Below are positions 39,840 to 50,828 of a stretch of 64,000 bases of DNA, one piece after another. The notes beneath the pieces were generated by a model that was not told the DNA's origin, made no database searches, and saw only the letters and a program-made list of their open reading frames with translations. The DNA is from Verrucomicrobiales bacterium. GTDB taxonomy: Bacteria; Verrucomicrobiota; Verrucomicrobiia; Verrucomicrobiales; V1-33. The stretch covers positions 1-64,000 of the forward strand of contig JANOAV010000215.1 in the NCBI GenBank assembly GCA_031411295.1. The letters run 5' to 3'. Within the stretch, counting starts at the first letter, position 1. Every line of letters starts with the position of its first letter. A program made the position numbers and the translations under genes.

Positions 39840-41531
39840 ATGAATACCCCCCATCCCGTTAGAGAAACCTGGCCGCGCTTCAAGCTCGCGATCCGCTCGT
39901 TTTTCGGCTCCCCCGCCGGCCGCAGAGCCCTGTGGTGGTTGGCCTTGCTGGTGGTTTTTCTGCTCTCCATCAACGGCCTGAATGTGGTCAACAGTTACGT
40001 CGGACGCGACTTCATTTCCGCCATTGAGAATAAGGATGCCATCGGCTTTGCTCATCAAGCCTGGCTCTATCTCGGGGTGTTTGCCCTGTCCACCATCGTG
40101 GCGGTCATGTTCCGCTTTGCGGAAGAGCGGCTGGGACTGCTGTGGCGGGAATGGCAGACGCGGCAGGTGTTGGAGCGCTATCTTTCGCAACGCGTCTATT
40201 ATCAATTGGAAGCAACCAAGGCGCTGGAAAACCCGGATCAACGAATCTCCGAAGACATCCGCACCTTCACCACCACGACGTTGTCATTTGGCCTCATGAC
40301 CCTGAATGCCTCGTTCACGGTGATCGCCTTCTCCGGGGTGCTCTGGGCCATTAGTCCCCGGCTGTTTTTCGTGGCCGTCGTCTATGCCCTGCTCGGGTCG
40401 TTGGTCACCTTGCTGCTCGGCCGCAAACTCATTGGTCTGAACGATCGACAATTGGATAAAGAAGCCAACTTCCGCTCCGAGTTGATTCACATTCGCGATG
40501 AGGCTGAAGCGGTCGCCCTGCTGCATCGTGAATCCCGCCTGCGTGATCGTTTGCTGCACCGCTTGGACGACTTGGTGGGGAATGCGCGGCACATGATCGG
40601 GGTGAATCGGAACCTGAGTTTCTTTACCACCGGTTATAATTATCTGATTCAGATCATGCCTGCCCTGATCGTGGCCCCTTTCTTCATTGAGGGTAAACTT
40701 GAGTTCGGAGTGATCACGCAATCCGCCATGGCCTTCGCCCAGCTCATGGGTGCGTTTTCCCTCATCGTCACCCAATTCCAATCCATTTCGTCCTATGCGG
40801 CGGTCATCGCCCGGTTGGGGAAATTGGTCGATGCGATGGATCACAGTTGCACCAGGGAAACCGCTCCAGTGCACGTGAGTTATCGCAACGGGCATCTCGT
40901 TTACGAGCAACTTTGCCTGTTCCGCCACGACGGGCGCTGTTTGTTGCGAGACCTCACCCTCACGCTGAATCCCGGCACCCGCGTGCTCGTGGCCAGCAAT
41001 TCTGGGCACGCCAAGGCAGCCATTTTCAAGGCCACCGCCGGCCTCTGCGCGGATGGCACTGGCAGCATCTCCCGTCCGGATGAAACGAAACTTCTCTTCC
41101 TCCCCGAGCGTCCCTACCTGCCCAAAGGGACCCTGCACGAACTCCTGCTGCGGCCTGAGGTCAACGGCTCCGTGTCCGACGAATCGCTCCTGGCCACGTT
41201 GCGCAGCCTGAATTTAGAGGGCCTCGTGCAGCAAGTCGGAGGCCTTCAGGTGGAGCACGATTGGAACGATCATCTCGCCCTCAACGAGCAAGCCCAACTG
41301 GCCGTAGCCCGCGTGCTCCTAGCAAAACCGGAGTTTGTCTTTCTGGATCGTCTCAGCATCACCATGGACGGCCCCCAAGCCAGCAGCCTGCTCAAATTAC
41401 TCACCGATCAAGGCATCACCTACCTCGTCCTGGGAAAACCCGAAGACCCCACGGACGCCTTCGATGCCGTCCTGACAATCGAATCCGATGCGACCTGGAG
41501 TTATCAGGAACTCAAGCAGCCGTCTCGTTGA
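39840..41531 (+). CDS. ABCD/YddA-like fused ABC transporter (SbmA/BacA-like TMD) with degenerate NBD
   Basis: NPDQRISEDI, EANFR, GVITQSAMAF; NBD motifs altered. Confidence 0.85.
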   Translation: MNTPHPVRETWPRFKLAIRSFFGSPAGRRALWWLALLVVFLLSINGLNVVNSYVGRDFISAIENKDAIGFAHQAWLYLGVFALSTIVAVMFRFAEERLGLLWREWQTRQVLERYLSQRVYYQLEATKALENPDQRISEDIRTFTTTTLSFGLMTLNASFTVIAFSGVLWAISPRLFFVAVVYALLGSLVTLLLGRKLIGLNDRQLDKEANFRSELIHIRDEAEAVALLHRESRLRDRLLHRLDDLVGNARHMIGVNRNLSFFTTGYNYLIQIMPALIVAPFFIEGKLEFGVITQSAMAFAQLMGAFSLIVTQFQSISSYAAVIARLGKLVDAMDHSCTRETAPVHVSYRNGHLVYEQLCLFRHDGRCLLRDLTLTLNPGTRVLVASNSGHAKAAIFKATAGLCADGTGSISRPDETKLLFLPERPYLPKGTLHELLLRPEVNGSVSDESLLATLRSLNLEGLVQQVGGLQVEHDWNDHLALNEQAQLAVARVLLAKPEFVFLDRLSITMDGPQASSLLKLLTDQGITYLVLGKPEDPTDAFDAVLTIESDATWSYQELKQPSR

Positions 41532-41642
41532 TTCTGTGGTCTTGGCCTCCGGCTTGATACCCGTAGGCGTGACGGGTCGGAGAGCTTCCTTTCTTGTCAA
41601 TCCACCAAGCTCGGGCGATTAAACGTCAGCTAATTATCCACC

Positions 41643-44600
41643 ATGAAACACCTCACTCATTTCCTCACGCTCATCGTCACTGTGGTAACGACAAGTTTTT
41701 TCCAGGCTGCTCCGCTCGTTTATGAAGGCACGGCCGGGCCCGGCAAGGGCAAGCATATTGTGTTCCTGGCGGGGGATCATGAATATCGTTCTGAGGAGAC
41801 GCTGCCAGCGTTGGCGCGCTTGTTGGCGAAGCATCAAGGATTCAAATGCACCGTGCTCTTCAACATCGATAAGGAGTCTGGCGAGATCGTGGCGGGAAAT
41901 TCTAACATGCCTGGCATGGCCACGTTGGATTCTGCGGATCTGGTGGTGGTCTTCCTGCGGTTTCAGCAGTTTCCCCAGGAGGACATGAAGCATTTCGATG
42001 ATTACCTGAATCGTGGCGGGCCAGTCATCGGCCTCCGCACCGCCACCCATGGATTCAAGATCGGCAAGGAAGATCCCTTCGTGAAATATTCGTATGATAG
42101 CAAAGTCGCTGGTTATGAATTGGGTTTTGGCCATCAAGTGCTGGGCCAGACCTGGGTCGGGCATTACGGCACCAATCATGCGCAAAGCACGCGTATCTCG
42201 ATCGTTGAGGATAAGAAATCTCATCCCATCCTGCGTGGCGTCAAAGACATCTGGGTTCAGGCAGGCGGCTACGTGGGGAAACCCACCGATGGTGATATCC
42301 TAACCACTGCGCAGCCTCTCAATGGCATGACCCCGACTTCTCCCGCCGATGCCTCCAAGCCGCCGATGCCTTCCGAATGGACTCGCACTTATAAAAGCAC
42401 CTCGGGCAAGGTCGGACGTGTGTTTACCTCACTTTATGGCACCCCGGAAGATATTACGAACGAGGGGTATCGTCGATTGCTGGTGAATGGATGTTTCTGG
42501 GCGCTGGGCTTGGAGGAGGCCATCAAACCCGATCTCAACATTGCCTTTGTGGGAGCCGGTAAACCTAATACCTTTGGTGGGGGCGGCTATGCCCGTGGCA
42601 TTAAACCAGAAATGTATTCCGGCTTTGAAAGCCCCATTCCAGCCAATAATAACACCAAGGGAAACGACGCAAGGCCAGCCAAGCGGGAAGACAAAAAGGA
42701 GGCAAAAGCTGAAGCTAAAAAGGAAGCCAAAGCCGAACCGCAGGCATCCACTGCGCCATCCACCGCAGTGACTCCGGCGGTAGTAACCGGTAAACCCGCT
42801 AAATTTCTCCGCATCGAATTACCGGGAGAGAAACGCATCCTCACCCTGGCCGAAGTGGAAGTGATCAGTGGTGGAAAGAATGTCGCGACTGGTGGCAAGG
42901 CTACCCAATCCAGCACAAATGGTGCCGCCGTGGCCGCCAAGGCGATTGATGGCAACAAGAATCCTGATTATAACAAGGGCGGACAAACCCACACCTCGAA
43001 CGCAGGCGAGAAATCTCCCTGGTGGGAACTCGATCTCGGTTCCGCCGTAGCCGTAGATAAGATTCAGCTTTGGAATCGTGATTCGCTGGCGAGCCGTCTG
43101 GATGGCTTCACCTTGAAGTTACTTGATGCAGATCGCAAAGAAGTCTTCGTCATTAGTGGTGTGGCGGCCCCGGAATCGCTGGTCATTGATGTGAAAAACC
43201 AGGGCAAGCTGGAATACCTAACGCATGCTGGAAAGCCCGGTGCGCCAGTGGCTCAGGCGGCGTTGGTTGCCAAAGACGGCAAGGAAAAGAAAGCAGCGAA
43301 GCAGCAACCCGCAGAAGCAGCCAAAGACACAACGTTGGCCGAGGTGCCAGCGGACTATCGTGATTCATTACCATTCACGTTTAAAAAGGGGGAGATCGTC
43401 GCCATACTCGGCAATGGCCTGCCCGATCGCATGCAGCACGATGGTTGGATGGAGACAGTCTTGCAAAGTCAGTTAGCAGAGCAGCAGGTGCGCTTCCGTA
43501 ACATGAGTGCCAGCGGAGACCGCCCGAATTCCTTTCCGCGCAGCAAGGGTCACATTCCCATGACGGACTATCTGCGCCATGTGAAGCCCGATGTCGTGTT
43601 CGGTTTCTTTGGCTATAACGAATCGTTCGATGGCGTTGAGAAGGCCGATGATCATCGCAAGAAGCTCGTGGAGTTCGTGCGCTACATCCGCAGCACCAAG
43701 GCGAATGGCACCAGCTTTCCACGCATCGTGTTGTTCAGCCCCATTGCCCATGAGGATACGCACAATCCTAACGTCCCGGACGGCAAGGCGCACAACGTGC
43801 AACTGGAGGCCTACACTAATGCCACGGCTGCTGCCGCGAAAGAAGCGGGCGTTGCGTTTGTGGATCTGTTTCATCCCTCGCTCGAACTCTTCAAAGCGGC
43901 CAAGTCTCCCCTGACGATCAATGGCGTTCATTTAAGCGATGAGGGGAATCGCCAACTCGCTGAAGTGATCGCCAAAGGCTTGCTGGGAAAAGCGGTCACC
44001 GCTTCGCCTTCACTGGAAAAATTGCGCGATTCCGTGCGCGACAAGGACATGCATTGGAATAATCGCTACCGGGCGCGCGATGGCAACGACGTGTGGGGCG
44101 GGCGCTCCACGCTGACCTTTACCGATGGGCAGAACAACGCCGTCGTGCTGCAACACGAGCAGTCCATGCTGGACGTGATGACAGCCAATCGCGATGGTCA
44201 AATTTGGGCCCGCGCCAACGGCAAGGATCTGAAAATCGATGACAGCAATGTGCCCAAACCCATCCCAGTGATTTCCAATGTCGGCGGCAAAAGCAAAAGC
44301 TCCAACGCGCAGAAGGAAGGCATCTTAAATTATGTGAGTGGCGAGGAAGGCGTGAAACAAATTGGCATCGCCAAGGGCTTTGAAATCAACTTGTTTGCTG
44401 ACGAAGCCAAATTTCCCCAACTCATCAATCCAGTGCAAATGCAGGTGGACACGAAAGGTCGCCTCTGGGCCTCCGTGTGGCCGACGTATCCGAAATGGGA
44501 ACCGCTGAAGCCAATGAATGACGCCCTGTTGATCTTCCATGATGACAACAACGACGGTCGGGCGGATCGGGTCACGGAGTTCGCCAAAGTGCAGAATCCG

Positions 44601-46220
44601 CTGGGCTTCGAGTTCTGGAACGGCGGTGTCATCGTCACTTGTCCGCCGGAAATCTTGTTTCTGAAAGACACGGATGGAGATGATGTGGCGGACGTGCGCA
44701 TTGTGATGTTGCAGGGGCTCGATTCCTCCGACACCCACCACGGGGCCAATAATCTCATCTATGGTCCGGATGGTGGAATTTACTGGCAGAGCGGAGTCTT
44801 TATGCAGCACAACCACGAGCATCCCTGGGGTTCCTCGCTGGAGGCCTCGGCTTCCGCCATGTATCGCTTCGATCCCCGTCGCTTCACGATTGCGATGCAC
44901 GCCAGCAACTCACCCAATCCGCATGGCATCTCATTTGATTACTGGGGTTATCAATACGCCACGGACGGCACCGGTGGCCGTGCTTACCAAGTGCGGCCGG
45001 AGGGCAAAGGATTCAAGATGCATGAGTTGCTGAAAAAGGAAGTTCGTCCCGTCACTGCCAGTGAAATTGTTTCCAGCACCCACTTCCCAGACAACATGCA
45101 GGGAGATTTCCTCATCTGTAACGTGATCGGTTTTCTTGGGATTAAACATTACGATCTGACCCGCAACCCTGACACCGGTGCCGTCTGGGGCGAGCCTGCG
45201 GGCGATGAACTCACCGTTACCGTCACCAACGCGGATGGCACCAAGTCCCAGGAGAAATCGCGTGGATTCCTCATGAGTGGTGATAAGAATTTCCGGCCCT
45301 CGGATGCCATCTTTGGAGCGGATGGAGCGCTCTATTTTGCCGACTGGCATAACGTCATCATCGGTCACATGCAGCACAACGTGCGGGATCCCAATCGTGA
45401 TCACGCGCATGGTCGGATCTACCGTGTCACCGCTACGGGTCGTCCTTTGCAGAAGCCCGTGGCCATTGATGGTCAACCCATCCCTGCGTTGCTGGATAAT
45501 TTGAAACACCCCACGGACGGCGTGCGTCAGCGCACCCGCGTTGAACTCAGCGAGCGGGATACCAAGGAGGTCATCGCTGCCACCAAGGAGTGGATTAAGC
45601 AATTTGATCCCAACAAGAAAGAGGACGCACATCATCTGCTTGAAGCCCTGTGGGTGTATCAGCAGCACAACGTGCGGAACATCGAACTGCTCGGCCAGCT
45701 TATGAAATCGCCCGAACCCCATGCGCGCATTGCCGCCGCCACGGTCCAGCACCTGTGGTTCAATGTGGAAGCCTCCCAGCACGGCGGGGTGATTACGGAA
45801 GCAGAAGAAGCGGCCGCCAAGAAATCAGGCATCCTCGCAGATACCGCAGAACTAACCACCATCCGTATTGCAACGGTGCCCGAGCGTTTAACTTATGATG
45901 TGAAGGAACTCACCGTGAAGTCCGGGAAGAAAATTAAGCTGACATTCGCCAACGACGATTTCATGCCGCATAACATGCTCCTCGTGAAGCCCGGCAAGGC
46001 GGACGAAATCGCCAACAAGGCCCTCGCACTGGGTGCCAAGGGTTTCGACAACGGATTCATTCCCGACAGCCCGGACATTCTCTGGGCCAGTAAATTGCTA
46101 GATCACGGCAAGGAGCAGGTGATTGAGTTCACCGCGCCCACGACCGCTGGGGACTATCCCTACGTCTGTTCCTTCCCAGGCCACCACGTCATCATGCGCG
46201 GGGTGCTGCATGTGAAATAA
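41643..46220 (+). CDS. PVC-type multidomain membrane-bound dehydrogenase-like protein (ThuA, F5/8, SGNH-like, beta-propeller, HEAT, cupredoxin)
   Basis: [64 protein letters not shown]. Confidence 0.88.
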   Translation: MKHLTHFLTLIVTVVTTSFFQAAPLVYEGTAGPGKGKHIVFLAGDHEYRSEETLPALARLLAKHQGFKCTVLFNIDKESGEIVAGNSNMPGMATLDSADLVVVFLRFQQFPQEDMKHFDDYLNRGGPVIGLRTATHGFKIGKEDPFVKYSYDSKVAGYELGFGHQVLGQTWVGHYGTNHAQSTRISIVEDKKSHPILRGVKDIWVQAGGYVGKPTDGDILTTAQPLNGMTPTSPADASKPPMPSEWTRTYKSTSGKVGRVFTSLYGTPEDITNEGYRRLLVNGCFWALGLEEAIKPDLNIAFVGAGKPNTFGGGGYARGIKPEMYSGFESPIPANNNTKGNDARPAKREDKKEAKAEAKKEAKAEPQASTAPSTAVTPAVVTGKPAKFLRIELPGEKRILTLAEVEVISGGKNVATGGKATQSSTNGAAVAAKAIDGNKNPDYNKGGQTHTSNAGEKSPWWELDLGSAVAVDKIQLWNRDSLASRLDGFTLKLLDADRKEVFVISGVAAPESLVIDVKNQGKLEYLTHAGKPGAPVAQAALVAKDGKEKKAAKQQPAEAAKDTTLAEVPADYRDSLPFTFKKGEIVAILGNGLPDRMQHDGWMETVLQSQLAEQQVRFRNMSASGDRPNSFPRSKGHIPMTDYLRHVKPDVVFGFFGYNESFDGVEKADDHRKKLVEFVRYIRSTKANGTSFPRIVLFSPIAHEDTHNPNVPDGKAHNVQLEAYTNATAAAAKEAGVAFVDLFHPSLELFKAAKSPLTINGVHLSDEGNRQLAEVIAKGLLGKAVTASPSLEKLRDSVRDKDMHWNNRYRARDGNDVWGGRSTLTFTDGQNNAVVLQHEQSMLDVMTANRDGQIWARANGKDLKIDDSNVPKPIPVISNVGGKSKSSNAQKEGILNYVSGEEGVKQIGIAKGFEINLFADEAKFPQLINPVQMQVDTKGRLWASVWPTYPKWEPLKPMNDALLIFHDDNNDGRADRVTEFAKVQNPLGFEFWNGGVIVTCPPEILFLKDTDGDDVADVRIVMLQGLDSSDTHHGANNLIYGPDGGIYWQSGVFMQHNHEHPWGSSLEASASAMYRFDPRRFTIAMHASNSPNPHGISFDYWGYQYATDGTGGRAYQVRPEGKGFKMHELLKKEVRPVTASEIVSSTHFPDNMQGDFLICNVIGFLGIKHYDLTRNPDTGAVWGEPAGDELTVTVTNADGTKSQEKSRGFLMSGDKNFRPSDAIFGADGALYFADWHNVIIGHMQHNVRDPNRDHAHGRIYRVTATGRPLQKPVAIDGQPIPALLDNLKHPTDGVRQRTRVELSERDTKEVIAATKEWIKQFDPNKKEDAHHLLEALWVYQQHNVRNIELLGQLMKSPEPHARIAAATVQHLWFNVEASQHGGVITEAEEAAAKKSGILADTAELTTIRIATVPERLTYDVKELTVKSGKKIKLTFANDDFMPHNMLLVKPGKADEIANKALALGAKGFDNGFIPDSPDILWASKLLDHGKEQVIEFTAPTTAGDYPYVCSFPGHHVIMRGVLHVK

Positions 46221-46225
46221 CACCT

Positions 46226-47734
46226 ATGAAACTCCTCCTCTGCGTCCTCTTCCTCGCCACGTTGGCCGGCCCGCTCACTGCGGAGTTGGCTGGTTCCAAG
46301 CCCAATATCATCCTCGTGATGACTGATGACCAAGGCTACCCGCCGCTGGCGCGTCATGGGCATCCTTGGCTGAAGACTCCAAATCTGGATGCTCTTCATG
46401 ATGCCAGCACGCGGTTCACACGATTCATGGTGGCGCCCACCTGTGCCCCCACACGCTCGGCCATGATGACCGGAAGGCACCCGGAAAAGAATGGTATCAC
46501 CCACACGATTCTGGAGCGGGAACGGATGACACTGAAGGCGACCATTTTGCCGCAAATCCTCAAGACGGTCGGCTACACCTCCGCTATATTTGGGAAATGG
46601 CATTTGGGTGACGAGAAGGAATACCAACCGGATCAACGCGGCTTCGATGAAGCCTTCATCCATGGCGGCGGTGGCATTGGGCAAGCCTACGATTGCTCCT
46701 GTGCAGATGCTCCGAACAATAAATACACCGACCCCATCATCCGCCATAACGGCAAATTCGAACAAACCAAAGGCTTCTGCACGGATGTCTTTTTCACCGC
46801 TGCTTTGGGTTGGATCAAAGCGAAGTCAGCCGCCAAGGAACCGTTCTTTGCCTATGTGGCCACGAATGCTCCCCACGGTCCTTTCATTGCTCCAGATGCC
46901 AGCGCAAAGCGATTTAAGGAACTGGGCTTTGGCAAAGAAGAAGCGGGTTTCTACGGCATGGTGGAAAACATTGATGATAATATTGGCCGACTGTTGTCCA
47001 AGCTCGATGAATGGAAACTGAGCGAGAACACCCTCGTCATCTTCATGTCCGACAATGGCATGACTCCCGGTGGATCGGGCAAACCCGGTGAGGATCTTGC
47101 CCCAGGCTATCCGTTCTACAATGCGAAGCAAAAAGGCCTCAAAGGCACCACCGATGAAGGAGGCGCGCGGGTGCCATTTTTTGTGCGCTGGCCAGGCAAG
47201 ATCAAGGCCGGTCAGGAGATTGATCGCGTGGCAGCGCACATTGATATCCTCCCCACCTTGGCTGCACTCACCGGAGCCAAACTGCCTGAGAACCAGGTGG
47301 AAGGCCGCAGTTTACTGTCGCTGATCGAAGGTAAAGCCACCGACTGGACGGACCGCTTCATTTTCAATCACATCTGCCGTTGGCCCACCGGAGCGGAACC
47401 GAACGATTTCAAAGACGTCAATTTCTCCGTCCGCAATCAGCGTTACCGTTACGTGGGTCCCAACCAAGGTGCCAAAGCAAAAGGCAAAAACGCTGCCGAT
47501 GGCGCGTCCCTCTACGACATGCAGGAAGATCCCTCGCAGACCAAGAACGTGATTGCCGACCATCCGGAAGAAGCGGCCAAAATGCGTGCCGCCTATGAGC
47601 AGTATTGGAAAGAAGCCCGCCCGCTCATGGTCAACGAAACCGCCCCCATGTCTCCCACCAAACCGTATCACGAGTGGTTCAAACAACAGCAAGCCGCTGG
47701 CGGCATCCCGCTTTGGCAGGCACCTGAGTTGTAG
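46226..47734 (+). CDS. Arylsulfatase (formylglycine-dependent)
   Basis: PNIILVMTDDQG, CAPTR, GKWHLG, SDNG. Confidence 0.95.
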   Translation: MKLLLCVLFLATLAGPLTAELAGSKPNIILVMTDDQGYPPLARHGHPWLKTPNLDALHDASTRFTRFMVAPTCAPTRSAMMTGRHPEKNGITHTILERERMTLKATILPQILKTVGYTSAIFGKWHLGDEKEYQPDQRGFDEAFIHGGGGIGQAYDCSCADAPNNKYTDPIIRHNGKFEQTKGFCTDVFFTAALGWIKAKSAAKEPFFAYVATNAPHGPFIAPDASAKRFKELGFGKEEAGFYGMVENIDDNIGRLLSKLDEWKLSENTLVIFMSDNGMTPGGSGKPGEDLAPGYPFYNAKQKGLKGTTDEGGARVPFFVRWPGKIKAGQEIDRVAAHIDILPTLAALTGAKLPENQVEGRSLLSLIEGKATDWTDRFIFNHICRWPTGAEPNDFKDVNFSVRNQRYRYVGPNQGAKAKGKNAADGASLYDMQEDPSQTKNVIADHPEEAAKMRAAYEQYWKEARPLMVNETAPMSPTKPYHEWFKQQQAAGGIPLWQAPEL

Positions 47735-47760
47735 TTGGGAGGCTCATAATTAGGTGCAAC

Positions 47761-48002
47761 TCAAGGAAGCCGTGGGAACACCGAAAACCCAAGGAAGCGA
47801 GCGGCTTTGCGCAGGCCCTTGTCGGTCGTTGCCATCTCCGTTTCACCGGCACGCTTAGCAGCAGCCAAGTGCAATCCATCGTTGGTCCGCAGGAATATCG
47901 GCGGAGTATGCCCCAGAAACGCATCCAGCATGGCGTAGAACTCGGCTTCGAGTTCTGGCGTTATGGTCTGTTCGCCAATGCCGAGGTATCCCAGTAGCTC
48001 AT
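47761..48002 (-). pseudogene. VapC/PIN toxin pseudogene with internal deletion and frameshift
   Basis: ATG 48002 gives MSYWDTSALA; out-of-frame C-terminus LRTNDGLHLAAA..TTDKGLRKAA; span 242 nt. Confidence 0.8.
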
Positions 48003-48014
48003 GAAGCAATCAGA

Positions 48015-48251
48015 TTAACTGCGAATCTCTGTGATCAATTTTTCAACTGGCGTCCCAGAGACGCCTGTCGAACACCGCTCACGCAACGCTCTTATGTCTG
48101 CCAGCCATAGTGGGGTAGCACTCGTGCTCGGCAATGCGGAAACAGGCGCTTGCTGCAAACGGCCCTGCAGCCAGATCAGCAACGACCACTGATGGCTGGA
48201 ATGCAGTGGTTGCAGAAGACGGAAATCATCGCCATTTTCGCTGCCCTTATG
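48015..48251 (-). pseudogene. Probable antitoxin (VapB-like), no in-frame ATG
   Basis: Open frame ..QWSLLIWLQGRL..WLADIRALRERCSTGVSGTPVEKLITEIRS stops 12 nt before the vapC ATG. Confidence 0.5.
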
Positions 48252-48265
48252 CTAAAGGTCCCACC

Positions 48266-48733
48266 ATGAGCCAACTGCCCAAGTTAACAGTAACAAACTT
48301 CCGAGAGTTCAAAGACCACGCCAAGATCAAGGCGGCGGTCTTGCGCATCCTCTCGCGACAGCGCTTTGTTTCCCCCATCGACGTGTTTGTTGAGATGGGC
48401 CTTCTCATGCCTGCTGACCTGACGCGCTGGAAGCAAGGGCAGATTCCTTTTCTCGAACGCGTGATCCGCTGCCATCTCAGCCGTGCTGGCCGCCTCCTGC
48501 GCCTGCTGCGATTTCATGTCCACGACCTGAACCTCGCGCCATCGATGACCGTTTATCAGCACGGCAGTCATCGCCTGCGTTTCTCTCCCAGTGGCGAACC
48601 GAAAATCGAAGAAGCCTGGTCGCGTCACTTTGTGATCGTCGGTAAGCGGAATCCTTTTGCCGCTCCTGAGTCTGATGGCCCGCAAAAATCCATCCCGATC
48701 AAGCCAGTCCCGCCGCCTGAAGCTTCTTTATAA
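48266..48733 (+). CDS. Conserved hypothetical protein (resembles N-terminal region of DUF2293 proteins)
   Basis: VSPIDV..MG.L, W..G..FLER, LRFS.SG.P.IE..W..H pattern. Confidence 0.65.
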   Translation: MSQLPKLTVTNFREFKDHAKIKAAVLRILSRQRFVSPIDVFVEMGLLMPADLTRWKQGQIPFLERVIRCHLSRAGRLLRLLRFHVHDLNLAPSMTVYQHGSHRLRFSPSGEPKIEEAWSRHFVIVGKRNPFAAPESDGPQKSIPIKPVPPPEASL

Positions 48734-49811
48734 ATGCCGACTTGCGGCGGCGCAACTCGATGAGTTCCGCCAGTTTCTCCTGAAATTCATCTCTGAGTCC
48801 ATTCATTTTGGCCAGCGCACAGAGATCTTTGAGTGTGCGAATGGCGTTATCCTGATAGCGCGTTGAGGATGACTCGGAGAGTTTGAGCACTGCTTGCCAT
48901 AGCCCTGTTTCTTGCCCAGCGAGAGCCAGGATGCGGGAGCGCTCTCTGCGCTCGGATTCCTGGCGTGCATGGTCGATACGCTCGGCTTCTAATTCATCTG
49001 CGTTTGATAGAAGCTCCGCTACCGTTCTGGCTAACATGTTTCCGCGCTCCGAGGATGTTGAGGTTTGATCAAAGCGTGCAAGGCACTCGCGTCTGAGTCC
49101 GGGATCGTCGCCCGCCAAAAACTGTGCCAGCCACGCATTCTTTGCATCACTAGCGATACCATCTAACCACTTCGCGATTCGCGTGGGGTTAGGAGTAGCA
49201 GGCAGCACACAGCTATGCTTTGCCGCTGCACTAACCAGGTCTTCGCGTAGATCAAGGAACCCGATCAGCGAATCCAATGCGGCATCGCCGGCAGCAAGGC
49301 CTGGGGGAACGGGTGGTTCGACAGCGTCAGGATTCACCAGCCCGGACTGAACCGCGGAGAGCCAGCTAATGTATAGTGCCCGCAAATCTCCCGCCACCAA
49401 CGCAGACCGGATGGGAAGCAAGTCCGCAAGGATTCCGTCGCTCTCTTCGTCAGCGCAATAGTCGCCCGGATCGGTCTCGAGAATAAACGAGAGAATAAGA
49501 TGCGTGGCGGTCTGAGTCACTTCCAGCGCGCCCTCAACCTGATAGGGCAGGATGATTTTGGCATCAATCCATCCAGCGGGAAATCGCAGGCAAAACAGGC
49601 GGGAGCCAAAGTTGCTGTCGTAAAGGTGGGCATCGAAATACCGACTCATCCACTCCTTTTCATTTCCTTTGAAACTGCCGAAATGATAGACGTTGGTGAA
49701 GCGGGTGGACGTGATGCGTGCCCGGGAAGAGTAAGACCGCAGGGTGTCCATGTCCTCCCGTGTCAATGGGTGGTCAATCGCTTGGAATTCGTAGTATTGG
49801 TATTCGCTCAT
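48699..49811 (-). CDS. Conserved hypothetical protein (MSEYQYYEF family)
   Basis: MSEYQYYEFQAIDHPL, YFDAHLY, GDLRALY..WL, EPPVPPGL. Confidence 0.8.
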   Translation of the reverse strand: MSEYQYYEFQAIDHPLTREDMDTLRSYSSRARITSTRFTNVYHFGSFKGNEKEWMSRYFDAHLYDSNFGSRLFCLRFPAGWIDAKIILPYQVEGALEVTQTATHLILSFILETDPGDYCADEESDGILADLLPIRSALVAGDLRALYISWLSAVQSGLVNPDAVEPPVPPGLAAGDAALDSLIGFLDLREDLVSAAAKHSCVLPATPNPTRIAKWLDGIASDAKNAWLAQFLAGDDPGLRRECLARFDQTSTSSERGNMLARTVAELLSNADELEAERIDHARQESERRERSRILALAGQETGLWQAVLKLSESSSTRYQDNAIRTLKDLCALAKMNGLRDEFQEKLAELIELRRRKSAFIKKLQAAGLA

Positions 49812-49970
49812 GTCGATTCACGAGACAAGATAGTATCGAAAGCCTGAAGTCCAGCATGAACTGACTTGCGATCCGACTGCGCTGCGCCTGCACATTAACT
49901 GAGAGCGGCGTGCGTCCCGCCGCCTACATCATGGGACGAACTGGGATGAGTAGATTTTCACCTTTGCGAT

Positions 49971-50117
49971 CAAGGCGGCCAGTGCGAACCCACCTATCAA
50001 ACACTGAATAAAGCCCTCATCGCCAGCCACATCCTGGATACCGATGACACCGGCTGGCGCATCAACGCGGTGCTCGCCTTCGTGATGGGATTTCTCACCA
50101 AACGCACTGCCTACTTA
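49971..50117 (+). mobile_element. IS66-family transposase fragment
   Basis: Hand translation EPTYQTLNKALIASHILDTDDTGWRINAVLAFVMGF matches the IS66 D-[ED]-T-G-W region; rest of element not seen. Confidence 0.65.
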
Positions 50118-50240
50118 GGTCGCAGCATCCGGGAGCGCGCATCCGCCACGGCCCGATACCCTCGCGCGAGATCCGCTTGGCAGCCTTCCATGGTGGGGAG
50201 AAGGCGACTCCTGTTCTGTTCCTGCGGTTCCCGTAACTTG

Positions 50241-50828
50241 CTACAATGAGCCAGTATCATACAAGATTTTGCCGTAGTAATATAGTTGGTCAGGGGCGAC
50301 CGGATGCGGGATGCGATCCATTTTTGTTTGCTGGGGCTGATACAACGCCATGACCAATTCAGAACAGTAGTAGCGGTCTGGAACATCGAGCCCGACTAAT
50401 CCGAGGAAATCATATGGCTTCCCGCACAAGGATTTAGCCTTGGCGACGACTGCGGGTTGCGTCGTCGTCTCAGCCCACTTTGGTCGGATCAGCAGAATGC
50501 GATGAGAACGATCAATGAATTCCGTGAGCGGAGTTTGGTGCACGCCGCTGGCGGTGGATTCGATGACCGCTTGTTCTCTCAGCAACAAGACTGCGGCATG
50601 ACTAAAGGGACAGTTCCGCACCGTGGCGACGAAATTGTCCGTGGCATGATATTGGCGCACCACCAACCAATCCCCGTCCGCTCCGGATTGGCAGATCTCA
50701 TGAAGCGCGGTCGCGCTCGCTTTGATGCGCGAATTTTGCGGTAGTGGGGTTACTAACGAATGAACCGCGCAGCTCGTTGCCAGCATCGGCAGCATCAGGG
50801 CAAGGGAGCGCAACCGGAGATGATTCAT
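50241..50828 (-). CDS. Permuted papain-like NlpC/P60 lipoprotein (YiiX/YebB-like)
   Basis: Lipobox-like LATSC; GDWLV, FSHAAV, GKPYDF, YYCSELV (His before Cys). Confidence 0.88.
   Translation of the reverse strand: MNHLRLRSLALMLPMLATSCAVHSLVTPLPQNSRIKASATALHEICQSGADGDWLVVRQYHATDNFVATVRNCPFSHAAVLLLREQAVIESTASGVHQTPLTEFIDRSHRILLIRPKWAETTTQPAVVAKAKSLCGKPYDFLGLVGLDVPDRYYCSELVMALYQPQQTKMDRIPHPVAPDQLYYYGKILYDTGSL

Noticed and set aside
47761..48009. 82-aa ORF as an intact small toxin
   Set aside because: It lacks the first PIN Asp in frame; better explained as a deleted vapC
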